Notes under the pieces: model-generated
The model's input: the letters and a program-made list of their open reading frames with translations, nothing else
Databases searched by the model: none
What the model was told of the DNA's origin: nothing
Position numbers and translations under genes: made by a program
Part shown: piece after piece, positions 20,612 to 33,700 of the stretch
Position numbering within the stretch: position 1 is the first letter of the stretch
Layout of the letters: each line of letters begins with the position of its first letter
NCBI GenBank assembly: GCA_018715625.1
Contig: DVLG01000039.1
Span: forward strand, 12,615-76,614
DNA length: 64,000 nucleotides
From: Candidatus Scatovivens faecipullorum
Lineage (GTDB): Bacteria > Bacillota > Clostridia > TANB77 > CAG-508
Reading direction: 5' to 3'

Positions 20612-20995
20612 TTATATTATATTAAAAACTTTTAATATCTTAGGTAAATAAATTAGTATTCCAACAATTACTGATGCTATTGCCATTAACATAGCAGTTC
20701 CGGCTGCAACATCTTTTGCTATTTTTGCTTTCTCATTATATTCTTCTGTATACATATCAACAACAGTTTCCACAATACTATTAATAAATTCTGCCAAAAA
20801 TACTAGAGCTATTACTGTAAAAATTATTGCAAACTCTAAAAAACTAATTTCTAGAATAATTCCTATCAAAATAGCAATTATTGAAAAAACAACCTGTATT
20901 CTATAATTATGTTCATTTTTAAAAACATATTTTATTCCATTTATTGCATTTTTAAAAGCTTCTCTAACGTTTTTATTTCTCCATTTTTTTGCCAT
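20612..20995 (-). CDS. dgkA: Diacylglycerol/undecaprenol kinase (DgkA family)
   Basis: 127 aa, 3-TM. N-terminus AFKNAINGIKYVFKNEHNYRIQ. Position between ybeY and era. Confidence 0.8.
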   Translation of the reverse strand: MAKKWRNKNVREAFKNAINGIKYVFKNEHNYRIQVVFSIIAILIGIILEISFLEFAIIFTVIALVFLAEFINSIVETVVDMYTEEYNEKAKIAKDVAAGTAMLMAIASVIVGILIYLPKILKVFNII

Positions 20996-21131
20996 ATAAT
21001 AATACCCTTCTTTTTACTAATATTAATATATAAATATGAATCTCAAATTATTCAAAATAATGTTTTACATTATTTTCTTAAAAATAATTTCCATGCTTTA
21101 CTATTAAATATAAAAATATTTACAAAAATTA

Positions 21132-21602
21132 TTATCTAAAAATTTTTAATTCATTTAATACTTTATCTTCTTTTTCTCTCATAATAATTTTATCTTGTTC
21201 TTCTATGTGATCTTCTCCCATTAGATGATAAAAACCATGTACTACCATATATGCAAGCTCTCTTTCAAAACTATGTCCATATTCTATTGCTTGCTGCCTT
21301 ACTCTTTCTATTGATATTACTATATCTCCTAAAGTTTCTTCAAATTCTAAATTTTTAAGATTAGGAATTTCTGATTTTTCAAACATTGGAAATGAGAGTA
21401 CATCAGTTTCTTTATCTATATTCCTATATTTCTTGTTTAAATTTCTAATATTTTCGGGATTTGTTAAAGTTATACTTATATAAACTTTGAAATTTTGCAT
21501 TTTTTCAACATAAAAACATTTTTCTAAAACTTTTTTTATTACTTCTTCATATTCTTTATTTTTTTCCAAATCTAAATATTCTATTTCTACAACCTTATTC
21601 AT
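21132..21602 (-). CDS. ybeY: rRNA maturation endoribonuclease YbeY
   Basis: HGFYHLMGEDH metal-binding motif. 156 aa. Confidence 0.88.
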   Translation of the reverse strand: MNKVVEIEYLDLEKNKEYEEVIKKVLEKCFYVEKMQNFKVYISITLTNPENIRNLNKKYRNIDKETDVLSFPMFEKSEIPNLKNLEFEETLGDIVISIERVRQQAIEYGHSFERELAYMVVHGFYHLMGEDHIEEQDKIIMREKEDKVLNELKIFR

Positions 21603-21669
21603 ACATTTTCCCTCTATTTATAAAATAAGGCAAGAATATTTATTTAAATTTATCCTTGCCAAATCAATT

Positions 21670-22851
21670 TTATAATTTTGTAAAATGACCTTTTATGTTT
21701 TTCTTAATTCCAGTTATATTTTTCATAACACCTAAGTCAACTAGTTTATTTTTATAAAATTTTCTAACTTCAGCATATTTTTCATATTCATCTTGAGTAT
21801 CATATAGTTCTCTTTTTAAAGATAATATTTCTTTTTCTTTTGAAGAATTAGTTTTACTATATGCATCCCAGAATTTTTTATAATCATCTCTTTCTGATGG
21901 CTTATCCCAATACACTTTTGTTGATAATAATTTCACATTATAAGCTTCTATTAATTCTAAAAGCATTTTATAAGTAGCTTCTCTTTTTTCCTCAACCTTA
22001 GAATTTACTATAAGATTTCTTGTATCTTTTAATAATTTTTTATAACATTGTTCTGCTGCAACAAGTGGTAAACTATGAGTAAATAATACTCTGCTTAAAC
22101 CTAATAAAATCATATTTTTTTCTAAGAAATCTCTCTCATCTAATTTTCCAACACTAAATTTCTCATACTCTTCATATTCTTCTATTATTTTACTATATTT
22201 TTCTGTTCCATCAATCCTTATTTTTATAGGTAATATATTTTTAATATAATCTTCTAATGTTTCAAAAATTTTTTTATAAACTTCTATTTGATTTGTAACT
22301 TTAGCTTTTAATCCATCTGCTAATTTTACAGAATAATTTTTTAATATTCCTTTATATATTCCATCAATTTTTTCTATATAAATAGGAGTATATTTACTTA
22401 AAATCTTTTCTTTTTTTGTTGCAACTAAACTTTCATAATCTAAATCTAGCAAAAATTTTTGCTTTCTATATTTATATTCTAAATATTCATTATCTTTTAA
22501 ATGTACTACTGTATAATAATTTGATAAAGCATTTTTTTCAAAATTAGATGCTGTATTGTTTTTTACTTTTTTATAAATTGAATCCATTATATGTTTATCT
22601 ATTGCTTCTAAATATAAAGTATAACTTTCTTCATATCTGTTTTGATATTGCTCTTTTTTTGAAATATCATTATTTTTTTCTGCATTTTTTAATTGCTCAT
22701 AAGATTTTATTGCTGAACTTCTCTTTATATTTATCATAATACCATTAATACCAATTTTAGTAGGTATTAATAATCTAGTTAAAGTACTAGAAACCTTATT
22801 AAAAAACGTTGTTTCATTTGAAAGAACTTTTAAACTTCTCTCTTCCACCAT
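21670..22851 (-). CDS. Hypothetical K/E/Y-rich cytoplasmic protein (occupies the phoH/yqfF position)
   Basis: No recognisable motifs (no P-loop, no HD). Same strand and operon as yqfD and ybeY. Confidence 0.3.
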   Translation of the reverse strand: MVEERSLKVLSNETTFFNKVSSTLTRLLIPTKIGINGIMINIKRSSAIKSYEQLKNAEKNNDISKKEQYQNRYEESYTLYLEAIDKHIMDSIYKKVKNNTASNFEKNALSNYYTVVHLKDNEYLEYKYRKQKFLLDLDYESLVATKKEKILSKYTPIYIEKIDGIYKGILKNYSVKLADGLKAKVTNQIEVYKKIFETLEDYIKNILPIKIRIDGTEKYSKIIEEYEEYEKFSVGKLDERDFLEKNMILLGLSRVLFTHSLPLVAAEQCYKKLLKDTRNLIVNSKVEEKREATYKMLLELIEAYNVKLLSTKVYWDKPSERDDYKKFWDAYSKTNSSKEKEILSLKRELYDTQDEYEKYAEVRKFYKNKLVDLGVMKNITGIKKNIKGHFTKL

Positions 22852-22868
22852 TTTTACATCCCTCCATA

Positions 22869-24053
22869 TTAATTTGCTTTTGTACTAATTTTTTCTTGGA
22901 CTTCATATATTATTTTTACTTTTAGTCCATCATCTTCTTTTTGTATTTCTACTTCTCTTTTTTTGTTTTTTTCATCATAATTTGAAAGTTTATATTCTTT
23001 TTCTAATTCTTCCTCTAGTTCTTTTATTATTTTATCTTTTAGTTCTTCCTCTGAATAAGTTTTTTGTACCATTTTAGTTTCAATATTTGTAATTTTTTTT
23101 ATTTCTATCGGAATATAAAAATTAGAAAATAATTTTATTTTTTTACTTGCACTTATTGTATCATAATTTTCGAAATTTGAAACCCTTTTATATAAATTTA
23201 TTTTAAAATTATTTATACAAATTTCGTTTTTTTGTTCTTCATTTCCAGTTTTTACTTTTTCATTTTGCACAAAGCTCTCTTTTTTCTCTTTTTCAAAATA
23301 AAATTTTCCATAAATATCAGCTTCTGCATGTACTGGTCTTGGATCACTTATTTCACTTTCCATTATTCCTTCTACTAATAAATCTCCTGCCTTTACTTCG
23401 TCTCCAACATTTACTCTTGCTGTGCCATTTTGTACAACCATTTTCGATATTGTGGCATCTTTTGATGCTATTATATTGCAAACTTCATTTTTATCTATTA
23501 TTTCTGGAGTTTCAATTCCTTCTTTTACTGTAATTATTACATTAGTTCCTTTTACTGTTATTCCTACCCAAGATAAGTCATCTCTTTTTAATCTTATTTC
23601 ATTACTTATTTTTTCTATATTTATGTTTGATTTTAGTTTACCAATATCTATTCCATATTCTTTTGCTAAAAAAATAATCTCTTCTTTTGGTATATTTTCA
23701 TTTCCAATAACTTCTATATTCCAAATAAATTTTGTTAATGTAAAAATAAAAATTGCAATTACTAAAACAGCAACTGCAAATACCTTTCTTTTTCTATATT
23801 TGTTCATTACAAAAGGAAGTCCTGATTTTTTCTCTATTTTTATTTTGCATTTTGTTTTCTTTGCAATATGTCTAATTTCTTTAAAATCAGATTTTAAAAT
23901 TTTCACTTTTAAATATGTATTGTTTTCCCTTTTAATATCTTGAAGAAAAATTTTTTTATTCATGCAAATGTTTATAAATCGTTCTATAAAAAATCCTTCT
24001 ACTATTAAAGTAATATATCCAGAAAAGAACATGTAAATTATTTTAATCAGCAT
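22869..24053 (-). CDS. yqfD: Sporulation protein YqfD
   Basis: 394 aa. One TM after a basic N-terminus. Size and position after yqfC as in Bacillus/Clostridium. Confidence 0.7.
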   Translation of the reverse strand: MLIKIIYMFFSGYITLIVEGFFIERFINICMNKKIFLQDIKRENNTYLKVKILKSDFKEIRHIAKKTKCKIKIEKKSGLPFVMNKYRKRKVFAVAVLVIAIFIFTLTKFIWNIEVIGNENIPKEEIIFLAKEYGIDIGKLKSNINIEKISNEIRLKRDDLSWVGITVKGTNVIITVKEGIETPEIIDKNEVCNIIASKDATISKMVVQNGTARVNVGDEVKAGDLLVEGIMESEISDPRPVHAEADIYGKFYFEKEKKESFVQNEKVKTGNEEQKNEICINNFKINLYKRVSNFENYDTISASKKIKLFSNFYIPIEIKKITNIETKMVQKTYSEEELKDKIIKELEEELEKEYKLSNYDEKNKKREVEIQKEDDGLKVKIIYEVQEKISTKAN

Positions 24054-24063
24054 TGGTTTCTCC

Positions 24064-24339
24064 TTAATTTACTTTTTTATTTTCAAAATCGATATTTTCT
24101 ATTTTTCCACTTACTAAAATATCATCATCTGTCATTTGATTTAATTTTAAATTAAAACCATTTATATTTATATTTCCTATTTCTGTACTTATTCTTGCAA
24201 AAAAATCTTCATATTCTAATATGCCTTTAAAATTTTCTATTAAAATTTCATCAAAACCAGTTATAGTAATTTTTGGAACATTACTAATAACCTCCCTTGG
24301 AATTTCTAAAAACTTACTTACTTTACTATAATCTCTCAT
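24064..24339 (-). CDS. yqfC: Sporulation protein YqfC
   Basis: 91 aa. ITITGFDEILIENFKGILEYED motif typical of YqfC. Confidence 0.7.
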   Translation of the reverse strand: MRDYSKVSKFLEIPREVISNVPKITITGFDEILIENFKGILEYEDFFARISTEIGNININGFNLKLNQMTDDDILVSGKIENIDFENKKVN

Positions 24340-24406
24340 AAATAAAAACCTCTCTTTTTAGATATATATTCTAAACTAGAGAGGTTTATTCTTAAATTTT
24401 ATTAAA

Positions 24407-24934
24407 TTATTCTAACATTTTTTTAATTTCTTCATCTTCTCTTAATTCTGGAGAAATGTATTCTAATACTTTTGCTTTTCCTTTAGAAACAGCCGCAATA
24501 GCAACATCTTTATCATGTCTTAATCTATAACTTGCATATTTTAAAATTATAGGTTTATTAGTTACAGCAGAAATTACTACATCTTTATCATCTCTCAGTG
24601 CTTCACTTGCATAATATAAAACTTGTCCATCATTTTGTGAAGCTGCCAAAATTACATCTTTATCTCCTTTAAGTCTTTCACTTGCATAACAACATGTCCA
24701 ACCAGCTTTATTTACAGCTTTTAAAATAACTTCTTTATCATCTTTTAATCTATTACTTGCAAATTCTAATGCTCCACCACCTGCTTCCAAAGCATTCATA
24801 ATAACATCTTTATCATCACGAATTTCTTCATTTGCCCATTCAATCAAACTTGGAATTTCTTTTACTCTATTTAGAAAAAATTCTCTATCATTTGTTTTTT
24901 CTTTTGCTTCTATTACTTCTGGACTATCTGCCAT
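24407..24934 (-). CDS. DUF4116 repeat protein
   Basis: Five repeats of the type L(K/R)DDKDV(I/V)LAAV...YAS. Confidence 0.6.
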   Translation of the reverse strand: MADSPEVIEAKEKTNDREFFLNRVKEIPSLIEWANEEIRDDKDVIMNALEAGGGALEFASNRLKDDKEVILKAVNKAGWTCCYASERLKGDKDVILAASQNDGQVLYYASEALRDDKDVVISAVTNKPIILKYASYRLRHDKDVAIAAVSKGKAKVLEYISPELREDEEIKKMLE

Positions 24935-24950
24935 TTAAAATTCCTCCGTT

Positions 24951-25562
24951 TTAAAAATAAAAATTAGATTTTTTTTCATATTTTTCTCTTATTTTTTTTC
25001 TTTCTAGCTTTCTTTTTTTTACTCTTAAATCATAAAGAGTTACTAATATTAAAATTATCATGCAACTTGCAAAAAAATATTTATTTTTTAAAAGTGCAAA
25101 CATATTTCCAAGATTCGGCATTACATATATAACTTTTCCGATTATATCTTCATACCTTACAACTTCTTCATCTACAGTTTCATTATTATCACCTTTTGTA
25201 ATATACGAATTTTGTAAATCAGATAAAACTATTTTTTCTATTCTATGTGTAACAATTTCTCCATTATCTCTTTTAAAAGTAATTATATTTCCTTCTCTAA
25301 ATTCATCATTTGAATATCCTTTTTTTACTACTACTATATCATTTACTTTAATTCTAGGACTCATACTTTCTGATACAACAGAGTATAAGCTTATATTAAA
25401 AAAACTAGGATTTTCCTTAGAATCTCCTAGTTCCCCAAACATCAAAAATAAACTAAATAATATAGTTGGAATTAATATAATATATAAGATAATGTTTAAA
25501 AACTTTTTGATTTTCTGATTTCTTTTTATCCTTTTAGATATAACATCAGACTCATATCTCAT
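24951..25562 (-). CDS. sipW: Signal peptidase I, SipW-type (S26B, archaeal/ER-like) - paralog 1
   Basis: VVSESMSPRIKVNDIVVVKK...ITFKRDNGEIVTHRI...ITKGDNN, with N- and C-terminal TM segments. Confidence 0.75.
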   Translation of the reverse strand: MRYESDVISKRIKRNQKIKKFLNIILYIILIPTILFSLFLMFGELGDSKENPSFFNISLYSVVSESMSPRIKVNDIVVVKKGYSNDEFREGNIITFKRDNGEIVTHRIEKIVLSDLQNSYITKGDNNETVDEEVVRYEDIIGKVIYVMPNLGNMFALLKNKYFFASCMIILILVTLYDLRVKKRKLERKKIREKYEKKSNFYF

Positions 25563-25577
25563 ATTTTATTTTCCTCA

Positions 25578-27185
25578 CTATTTTTTATTTATCATTGGTT
25601 TTACTTTTTCAACAAATTCAATATCTTCAATATTTAAGTCACTTTTTTGAATATTATGAAAATCAACGATTTTTTCAACATCCTCAATTAAATTATCTAA
25701 GTTTTCTTCTAAGTCTTCTTTTTCTAAATTAATATTTAATATTTTGTACCTATTTGAAATAATTGATGTAATTTCTGGTTCTTCTGCAAGTTTAATGTTA
25801 TTTAACATAACTTTATATGGCTGATTTATAAAATCAATTAATTCTTGAAGTTCTTCTTCAATATTTACATCATCATCTTCATAATGTTTTTTTATTAGAT
25901 TATACGCATAAGTGTAAAAAGAAACTGCAATTTTAAACATATATTTAATTGTGCAATTATCATCTACATATTCTGCTATCCTTGTATTAACAAGTTGTTC
26001 ATCTAATTCTTCATATAATTTTTTTATTTCTTTTATCATATTATTTGATAAAACTGGAAATTCATAAATTTTTCTATCCATTTTCTTTTTAAATAATACA
26101 AATAAAGGATTTTTACTTAATCTTATTATTCTATTATGTTTCTTATTTTCTTTTATAAGTTCTTGTTCTTTTTTACGAAGTTCTTTACTCTTATTTTCAT
26201 AAAGATTTTTAAAACTATCTTTATTTTTATATTTAACTTTTAAATCATCTATAATATATTTATATTTTATATATGCATTATATTCTATAAGAGTATTAAG
26301 AAGTTTTCCAAAATTATTATTAATTTCTTCTTGTTGTTTTTCATTTGCTTCATTATATTTTTTTGCAGATAGTCTATCATATAAAACTGTCATTTCTTTG
26401 TTATTAAAATCTTTTATTTTCCATTCACCTGAAACAAATTTTTGCATAATAGATTTCGCATCTACTCTTTTTGTTTTTATTAATTCTTTATTAAGTTCAA
26501 AATATTTTTTAACTAAACCATTTTTGTCTAATCCTTTAGAAGCTAAAACTCTATCATTTCTTTCTTTTAGTTCTCTTTCGATTTTTTTTGAATTAATAAA
26601 ATATAAATATCTCATATTTAATTCTATATGAGTAACTATATCTGGACATTTCCAGTATACTGTTTCAAAAGTTTTTTTAAGAGTTTCTGAAGAAATATCT
26701 CCATTATTATATTCACTGAAAAATGACTTCATATATTCATTTGTTGGCTGACTATAATTAAAATCATCTGATGAAAGTTCTATTCCATAATCTTTAAATT
26801 TTTCAACAAATAATTTTATATTTTCATTAACTAGATTTAAATCTCCCTCAAAAAAACAACTTAAACTGTGAGTTATTCTATCAAAGCCAAGTTTTTCATA
26901 AGGTGTATTTAATTCATTAAATAACTCAATATCACTCAAATCTTTAATACTTGCATTTAACTCATTAATTTTAGGATTTTCTTCGACAGATATGAATTTT
27001 TCATATCTATTACAAATTTCTGTCCATATCACTTTTTTTATTTGTTCTGCCTTTTCTTCTAATTCTTGAACTTTTTCGATATATTTACTTTTGTTTTTCT
27101 TATTATTTACTGGCAAAACACTTAAAACTTCTTTATTACTAAAAACATATTTTTCAAATTCTTCTAATATATCTACTTCGTTCAT
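25578..27185 (-). CDS. Hypothetical cytoplasmic protein (535 aa)
   Basis: No recognised motifs. Lies between the giant beta-helix gene and sipW. Confidence 0.3.
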   Translation of the reverse strand: MNEVDILEEFEKYVFSNKEVLSVLPVNNKKNKSKYIEKVQELEEKAEQIKKVIWTEICNRYEKFISVEENPKINELNASIKDLSDIELFNELNTPYEKLGFDRITHSLSCFFEGDLNLVNENIKLFVEKFKDYGIELSSDDFNYSQPTNEYMKSFFSEYNNGDISSETLKKTFETVYWKCPDIVTHIELNMRYLYFINSKKIERELKERNDRVLASKGLDKNGLVKKYFELNKELIKTKRVDAKSIMQKFVSGEWKIKDFNNKEMTVLYDRLSAKKYNEANEKQQEEINNNFGKLLNTLIEYNAYIKYKYIIDDLKVKYKNKDSFKNLYENKSKELRKKEQELIKENKKHNRIIRLSKNPLFVLFKKKMDRKIYEFPVLSNNMIKEIKKLYEELDEQLVNTRIAEYVDDNCTIKYMFKIAVSFYTYAYNLIKKHYEDDDVNIEEELQELIDFINQPYKVMLNNIKLAEEPEITSIISNRYKILNINLEKEDLEENLDNLIEDVEKIVDFHNIQKSDLNIEDIEFVEKVKPMINKK

Positions 27186-27640
27186 TATTCTTCATTACCT
27201 TTCTCTTTCTTTTCTTTTGCTAAAAAAGTTATATATTCTTCACATTTTTTATATAACTCTAATAATTTTTCATTACTCAATTTAGATAATTCCAAACCTT
27301 TTTCCATTGTTTAAATTCCTTTCAAGAACCTTTTAATTAACTATTAATATTATATATTAATTTAAAATTCAAGTACATAGTTTTTATATTTCATTTTGAT
27401 TACAATTTCAAATCATTTCGTTAATATTTAAGAATAATTTTTAGTCAAAACCTTTTTATATTTTATAATAGAATTCCTATTAAAGAACAAAAGTGAACAT
27501 TATGATAATTGCAAAATGAAAAGTTTTATACAAATGTCCACGTCTTTGTTCTGGTGACAAATTTTATTTCATAAAATTTGTGTACAACTTTTGGCAAATC
27601 CTTTATACAATAGGAAATTCAAAGAACTTTCCTAATTACA

Positions 27641-27690
27641 TAAAAAACCTCAACTTGTTATAACTTTAGTTTAACAAATTGAGGTTTTTT
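27641..27690. terminator. Hairpin terminator downstream of giant beta-helix gene
   Basis: aacctcaacttgtt...aacaaattgaggtt followed by a T-run. Confidence 0.6.
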
Positions 27691-27702
27691 ATTTCAATAT
27701 TG

Positions 27703-30700
27703 TTACTTTATGATTATATACGAATATGTTTCTCCAATATGTTCATATTCAATAGCTTGATATTCTTCTTGTATTATATTTCCATCTTCATCTTCAACAG
27801 GTCTTGTTTTTGTAACTATATTTTCATCATATAAAGTAAATACTAATTTATAAGTTCCTGTTTTTAGATTTTGTTTTAGTGTATAATTAATATCAAAATT
27901 TACTGGCGTATCTGGATTTGATACTTCTGCATTTATTTGATCACTATTTAATATCACATATTCTAGAGGTATATTTTCAGAATCAAGAAGTGTTAATTCT
28001 TCATTTACATACTCTTTTAAATCTACCTGTGTATAAGACATATCATATACATCATCATAATTTCTTCTGTATAAAGATACTGTTATATGTGGATCTGTTA
28101 AACCAGAAACATATTCCAAATCAATATTCAAATTATTATTACCTTCTGAAATATAACCTGTATCTTTTTCTAAAGTATAACCAGTTGCTTTATCAATAAT
28201 TACTTGTTCTTCTGGTAATGTTGATTTTAATCCATAAATATCATTTATAATTTGTAAATCAACAGTATCTGAAGCTGATGCTTCAATTCCATAGTATATA
28301 CCATCTGCAGATCCAAAGCTTTCAACTAAAATGTAATAATCTCCTGAAGCAAGTGTACTATTTTCTGTATTTATTGAGATTGAAGAAGTAGCATTTGAAA
28401 CTTTTTCTGCAATCTTAATTCTTGTTGTTCCATCTGTTCTAGGATAATATTTTTCACCATTTAATTCAAAATATGTACCAAGTAAACTTGAACCTGTTAT
28501 AACTTGATTTGTATCTTTATCAAAGAATGTTATTTTAATACCTAATTTTTTATCAAAATAATTTGTATCATAAATTCTAACAGAATTTATAACTGTAACA
28601 TCAAAGTTTGTCTTTATATTCAAAGTTGCATCATTTCCTAAATAAATCTTTGTTTTATTTAAACTTGCATCAATATCTATTTTAGATTCTGTATCCCAAA
28701 TACCAAACGTTGTTGAATCTATTTGGTCATCCAATAATCCAAACAGAACTTCACTTCTATCAGCTTCTACATCTGCTCTTAAGAAAATTCTAAAATGCTG
28801 ATTTGATGTTACCATCTTATTAGGGTCAGTTATAGTTCCAAAATCTGCACCTTCAAAATTAACAATAAATATAAAACACTCATATTCATAATCCAAATCA
28901 GGTTTATAGTATTTCTCTCTCATTACTTTTTCATCATAATACTGATTTGTACTACCCATTGCTAAAAATTCTGAAAATCTGTATTCTACCTTTCCATTTC
29001 TTACATCATCTTCTGTTACAGTATAATAGTAATATTCAGGTTTAGCATTATCATATTTATCAATCATTGTTATTGTTGTATTTGCTGGGAATACATATTC
29101 TGTATTTATTACTCTATAAGAATCTTCATAGAAATTCTTAACTTGTTCATTTTGTTTAAAGTTTGGTTCAGCAAGTTCAAAATAAGCTGAAAAACTACTA
29201 TCTGTTGTTACATTTGTTTCTGTACTTGTAAATAAGTCATATTGTGTTCCAGGAGTTATTGCTCCATTATATCCAAAGTCATCATATACAGAAGTTCCAA
29301 GTGAAATATCTATAATAACTGTTGCTCTTCCTTGATTTAAAGAATCTTTCCAATATGCTAAATCCATTGTTATTGTGTAATATCCAAGTTCTTTTTCTTC
29401 TGTTATATTATTTGAATGGTAAAGATAGAAACTTAGTGATGGTGTTGTTGACGAATTTTCTATTGTATAAACTTCATCTCCGCTATAACTTGCAACATTT
29501 CCATCTGGATCTGAATAGAAATCACTTCCACCATTCATACTCCATCCACTATTACCTGTCTTCATTCCCAATCCAAAATTATTATTTGCTGCATCTTGGT
29601 CAGGATTTATGTTTGGTATAGTATTCTTATCATATAAACCAACACCTTCTGCTAAACTTGAATCAACACTATGTATTGTTAAGGTTGCATTAGGGAAAGA
29701 AAGTCCAAGTAAGCTTAATTCTTTTGTTCCTAGTGTTGAGAATTTTGATGCCATAAGACCTAAAGTATAATAGTAAACCTCAACATCTGGACCTGCATAC
29801 CACATATAATAAATATCGTTTTCAGGTGTTGGAGTAATATAATTACAGTAAGAAACTCCACTATAGTTTTCTTCTGTTAGTACATCTCCACCACTTAACT
29901 CAACATCAAGTTTTTCAAAGTTAGTATAGAAACCATCAACTTGTATATCTTGCTCTGGATTTTTCTGGTGCATACCAACTACATAACAACGTGTAAAATC
30001 TCTTTCATTCCAATTGATTTGATTTCCTAAAGTATAATCTTTATCATACATACCGGTATAAATATCAGAATCTCCACCATCGCCACCTGCTGCATTTTTA
30101 TAAATTCCAAAGAAAGTCATTCCTTTTACTTCACCATAAGATTCAAGGTTTTCAGATGGAGAAATATTTAAATTTATACCAGAATACATGTAAATTCTAT
30201 TATCTACATTTTTATCTATTCCTAAGTTCTCTATTTTTTCTACATCTCCAACTTTTTCATTTGAACTATTATAAACCGCACCAGCTTGCATGTAATATTC
30301 TATATTTCCATCTCTATCAAAAACTTTATCTCCCTTGGCATCATAAGTTTTTCCATCTGTTGTATAAATTCTATTATTTACTGTTACTTGTGCATACTCT
30401 TCTTTTCCATCTTCACCAACCATGCTATAGAAGTTTTCTAAAAGGTTTGCACCATTTCTTAAAAACATTGCTGAATTATTTTTTAATGTTAAAGTAGAAA
30501 TTCTATTTAATGTGAAATATGTGCTAGCATGAACACTAGTACTATCTGTTGTACCACTTAATGTAATATTTGCATTATCTAGTAATACTTTTGAAGCCCT
30601 TTGTATTGAAACTCCTTTTTTAGGATTATCTAATGTTCCATAATTTCTTATATTAATATCACCATTAGTTTTAGCACTTGAAGCATTACCAGAACCAAAT

Positions 30701-33700
30701 ATACTTCCACCAATATTAATATCGTCTTCTGCATAATTTTTTCCATCTATATTAATTAATATTGTACCTGTAACACTAATAGAATCATAGTCGAAATCTT
30801 TTGATGGATCCATAGATTCACCACCACCAAAAACTGTATTTCCTATATCTATTTTTCCTTGTTTATAACCTTTGTCTGTTCCATAATATTGATTTATTGC
30901 CTCTAGTCCTATATTTACTATTGTATTACCATTTATTACTGAAGAATTTGCTCCACCATAAGCATTTTCTCCTATTATAGCTCCTGCTATATCAACAATT
31001 CCTAAAGAAGTATCTGCTCCTGTTGGTCCTGTTTCTGCAGCATTTCCACCACCAAATATACTTTTGCCTATATTAGTAGTTCCTTCTGCTAAAATGTATG
31101 AATTTCCTCTTACTACTGCATTTGCACCATTTCCTGCAGCATAAGCATTTCCTGTAATTGTACTTGAATCCACATAAACATTTGTATTTCCTGTTACAGA
31201 ACCATTATCTCCTCCACCATATATGTCATTTCCTACAACACTATTTGTGATATCAAAATTCGTATTTCCTTCTACAATTGCAGTTATACCTTGTCCACCA
31301 CCAAATGCATTTCCTTTTATTTCTACATTATTTCTAATTATAGTATTTGTATTTGTTCCTATTTTTCCTGGTATTGTTCCTGCTGTTTCTATTGTGGCAG
31401 CACCATTACCACCACCATATACATTTTGATTAATTATAGAATCATCTATTAAAACATTTGTCTCCTCAATTACTTCTCCTTGGTCACCACCACCATAAAC
31501 ATTATTAGTAGTAGAATTTCCTTGTATTGTTACTTGAGTTCCATTAACATTTGCAGCTTTTCCACCGCCAAATACATTTCCTGCAACATTTGATGTATCA
31601 ATAATTACAACAGTATTTCCTGTTACTGCTCCTTTATTACCTCCTCCATATACTGTATCAGTAATAGAAGAATTTAATACAGTTACAGATGTTGTTGTTC
31701 CTATTTTTCCTTCATTACCACCACCATATACTGTATTTACAGTTGATGAATCTGTTATACTTATACTTGTATTATTTTCAACATCTGCTCTATTTCCTCC
31801 ACCATATATTGTTCCATTAACAATCGCAGAAGTAACATTTATTAAAGCTTTTCCATTTACTTTACCTTGGTCTCCGCCACCATAAACATTTTGATTTACT
31901 GTTGTTTTTATATCTCCATTTGGTACTAAATTTACATTTGTATCACCTTGCACGATAGCATCAACACCTTGTCCACCACCATATACATCATTTGCAGTAG
32001 AACCTTCAACATATACATCTGTTTCTCCATTAACAGCAGCAGAACATCCTCCACCATATAGAGTTCCAATATTTGATGAATTCATAATATCAACATTTGT
32101 ATTACCACTTACAATACCTAAGTTTCCACCACCAAATATTGTAGCAATATCGGATTTATCTATTGTTACATTTGTATCTCTTCCTACTTCTGCATTATTT
32201 CCTCCACCATAAACTGTTCCATTTACAGCCGAAGAAATTATATTAACATTAGTATAGCCATTAACAGGTCCACTATCTCCTCCACCAAATGCATTTCCTG
32301 TAATTGTTGTTAAAGGATTTACTGCAGTTCCTGTTTGTTCATCTATACTTGTTATATTAACATTTGTATCACCTGTTACATTGGTGTTTTGACCATATCC
32401 TCCACCATACACATTTCCTATAGTAGCACCATCACTACAATATACAAATGTTTCTGAAAGTTCTCCAGAAGAATTTGAGCCACCATATAAATTATCTACT
32501 TTAGCTCCTTTTGCATAAATAGCTCTTGGAAGATTTGTATTATTTCCATCTATTCCCGCATTATTTCCACCATTAAATGCATTTCCAACTACTGCATTTT
32601 TATATAAATAAACATATACATTATTAGAATCTGTTGTAATTTGTGATTGGTTTCCTCCACCATATACTTCATTAATAGTTGTAGAATAATTTTCTCCTAT
32701 TTTTACAAGTATATTTCCGTCTATTGTACCATTTATATTACATCCACCAAATGCTTTTGCAGATGAATAACTTCCACCATCAACAGTTACAGTTACATTT
32801 CCACCGTTTTGAGCAGCAGTTCTATTATCACCTTTACCGCCACCATAGATATTACCTGCAATAGTTATAGATTTATCATCTGAATACCTATCTTCTATAG
32901 TCACTGTTGAATCATCATTTACAACTCCTAGAGCACTTCCTCCATATATGTTTCCTTTTATATTAATATTGCTATCTTTATCAGCTATACTTAAAGTTGT
33001 ATATTCACTTACAGTAGTATCTTGACCTTTTCCACCGGAAAAAATAGCATCTCCATCATCTCCAGTATTTGTTCCTATTATTCCACCTGTAATTTTAATT
33101 CTAGAAAATTCTTGAATCTCTCCAGACGTATTTGGTCCACCATATATTGTTCCTTTTACTTCTCCACCTTTCATATCTATAGAAATTGAACCATTTACAC
33201 CATTTCTATTTCCACCAGCATATACATCTTCACCTATAGTTCCACCTATAATCTCTATATTTGAAAGTGTTGGTTCGTCGTCAGGCTCTGGCTCTGGATC
33301 TGGTTCTTCTTTTTTTATCGCGTTTAAATACAAATTTGCTCTATTAGTACTTGTACTAATACTCCAGCCATTATTATAGATTAAATAGTATGTTCTAGTA
33401 AAAATATAACCTGTTTCGAAATAAATTCTTACTGTTGAACCATTATTTTGTATTTGGAATGAATTTTCTCTTTGTGTACTCATAGTTAAGCTATACGTTT
33501 GATTCCAGCCACCTGAAGACTCATAACTTAAATAATTGCCTGTTGCTTTATTTCTTATATAGTATTCATCTCCACTCTGTTCTAAAATCCATTTACTATT
33601 ATCAGAAAGATTTTCTAATCCATTAAAAGTAGAATTTGATATTCTTGTTCCAGAACTATTTGTAATTGCATTACCAGAATTTTGACCAGTAGCAATTACG

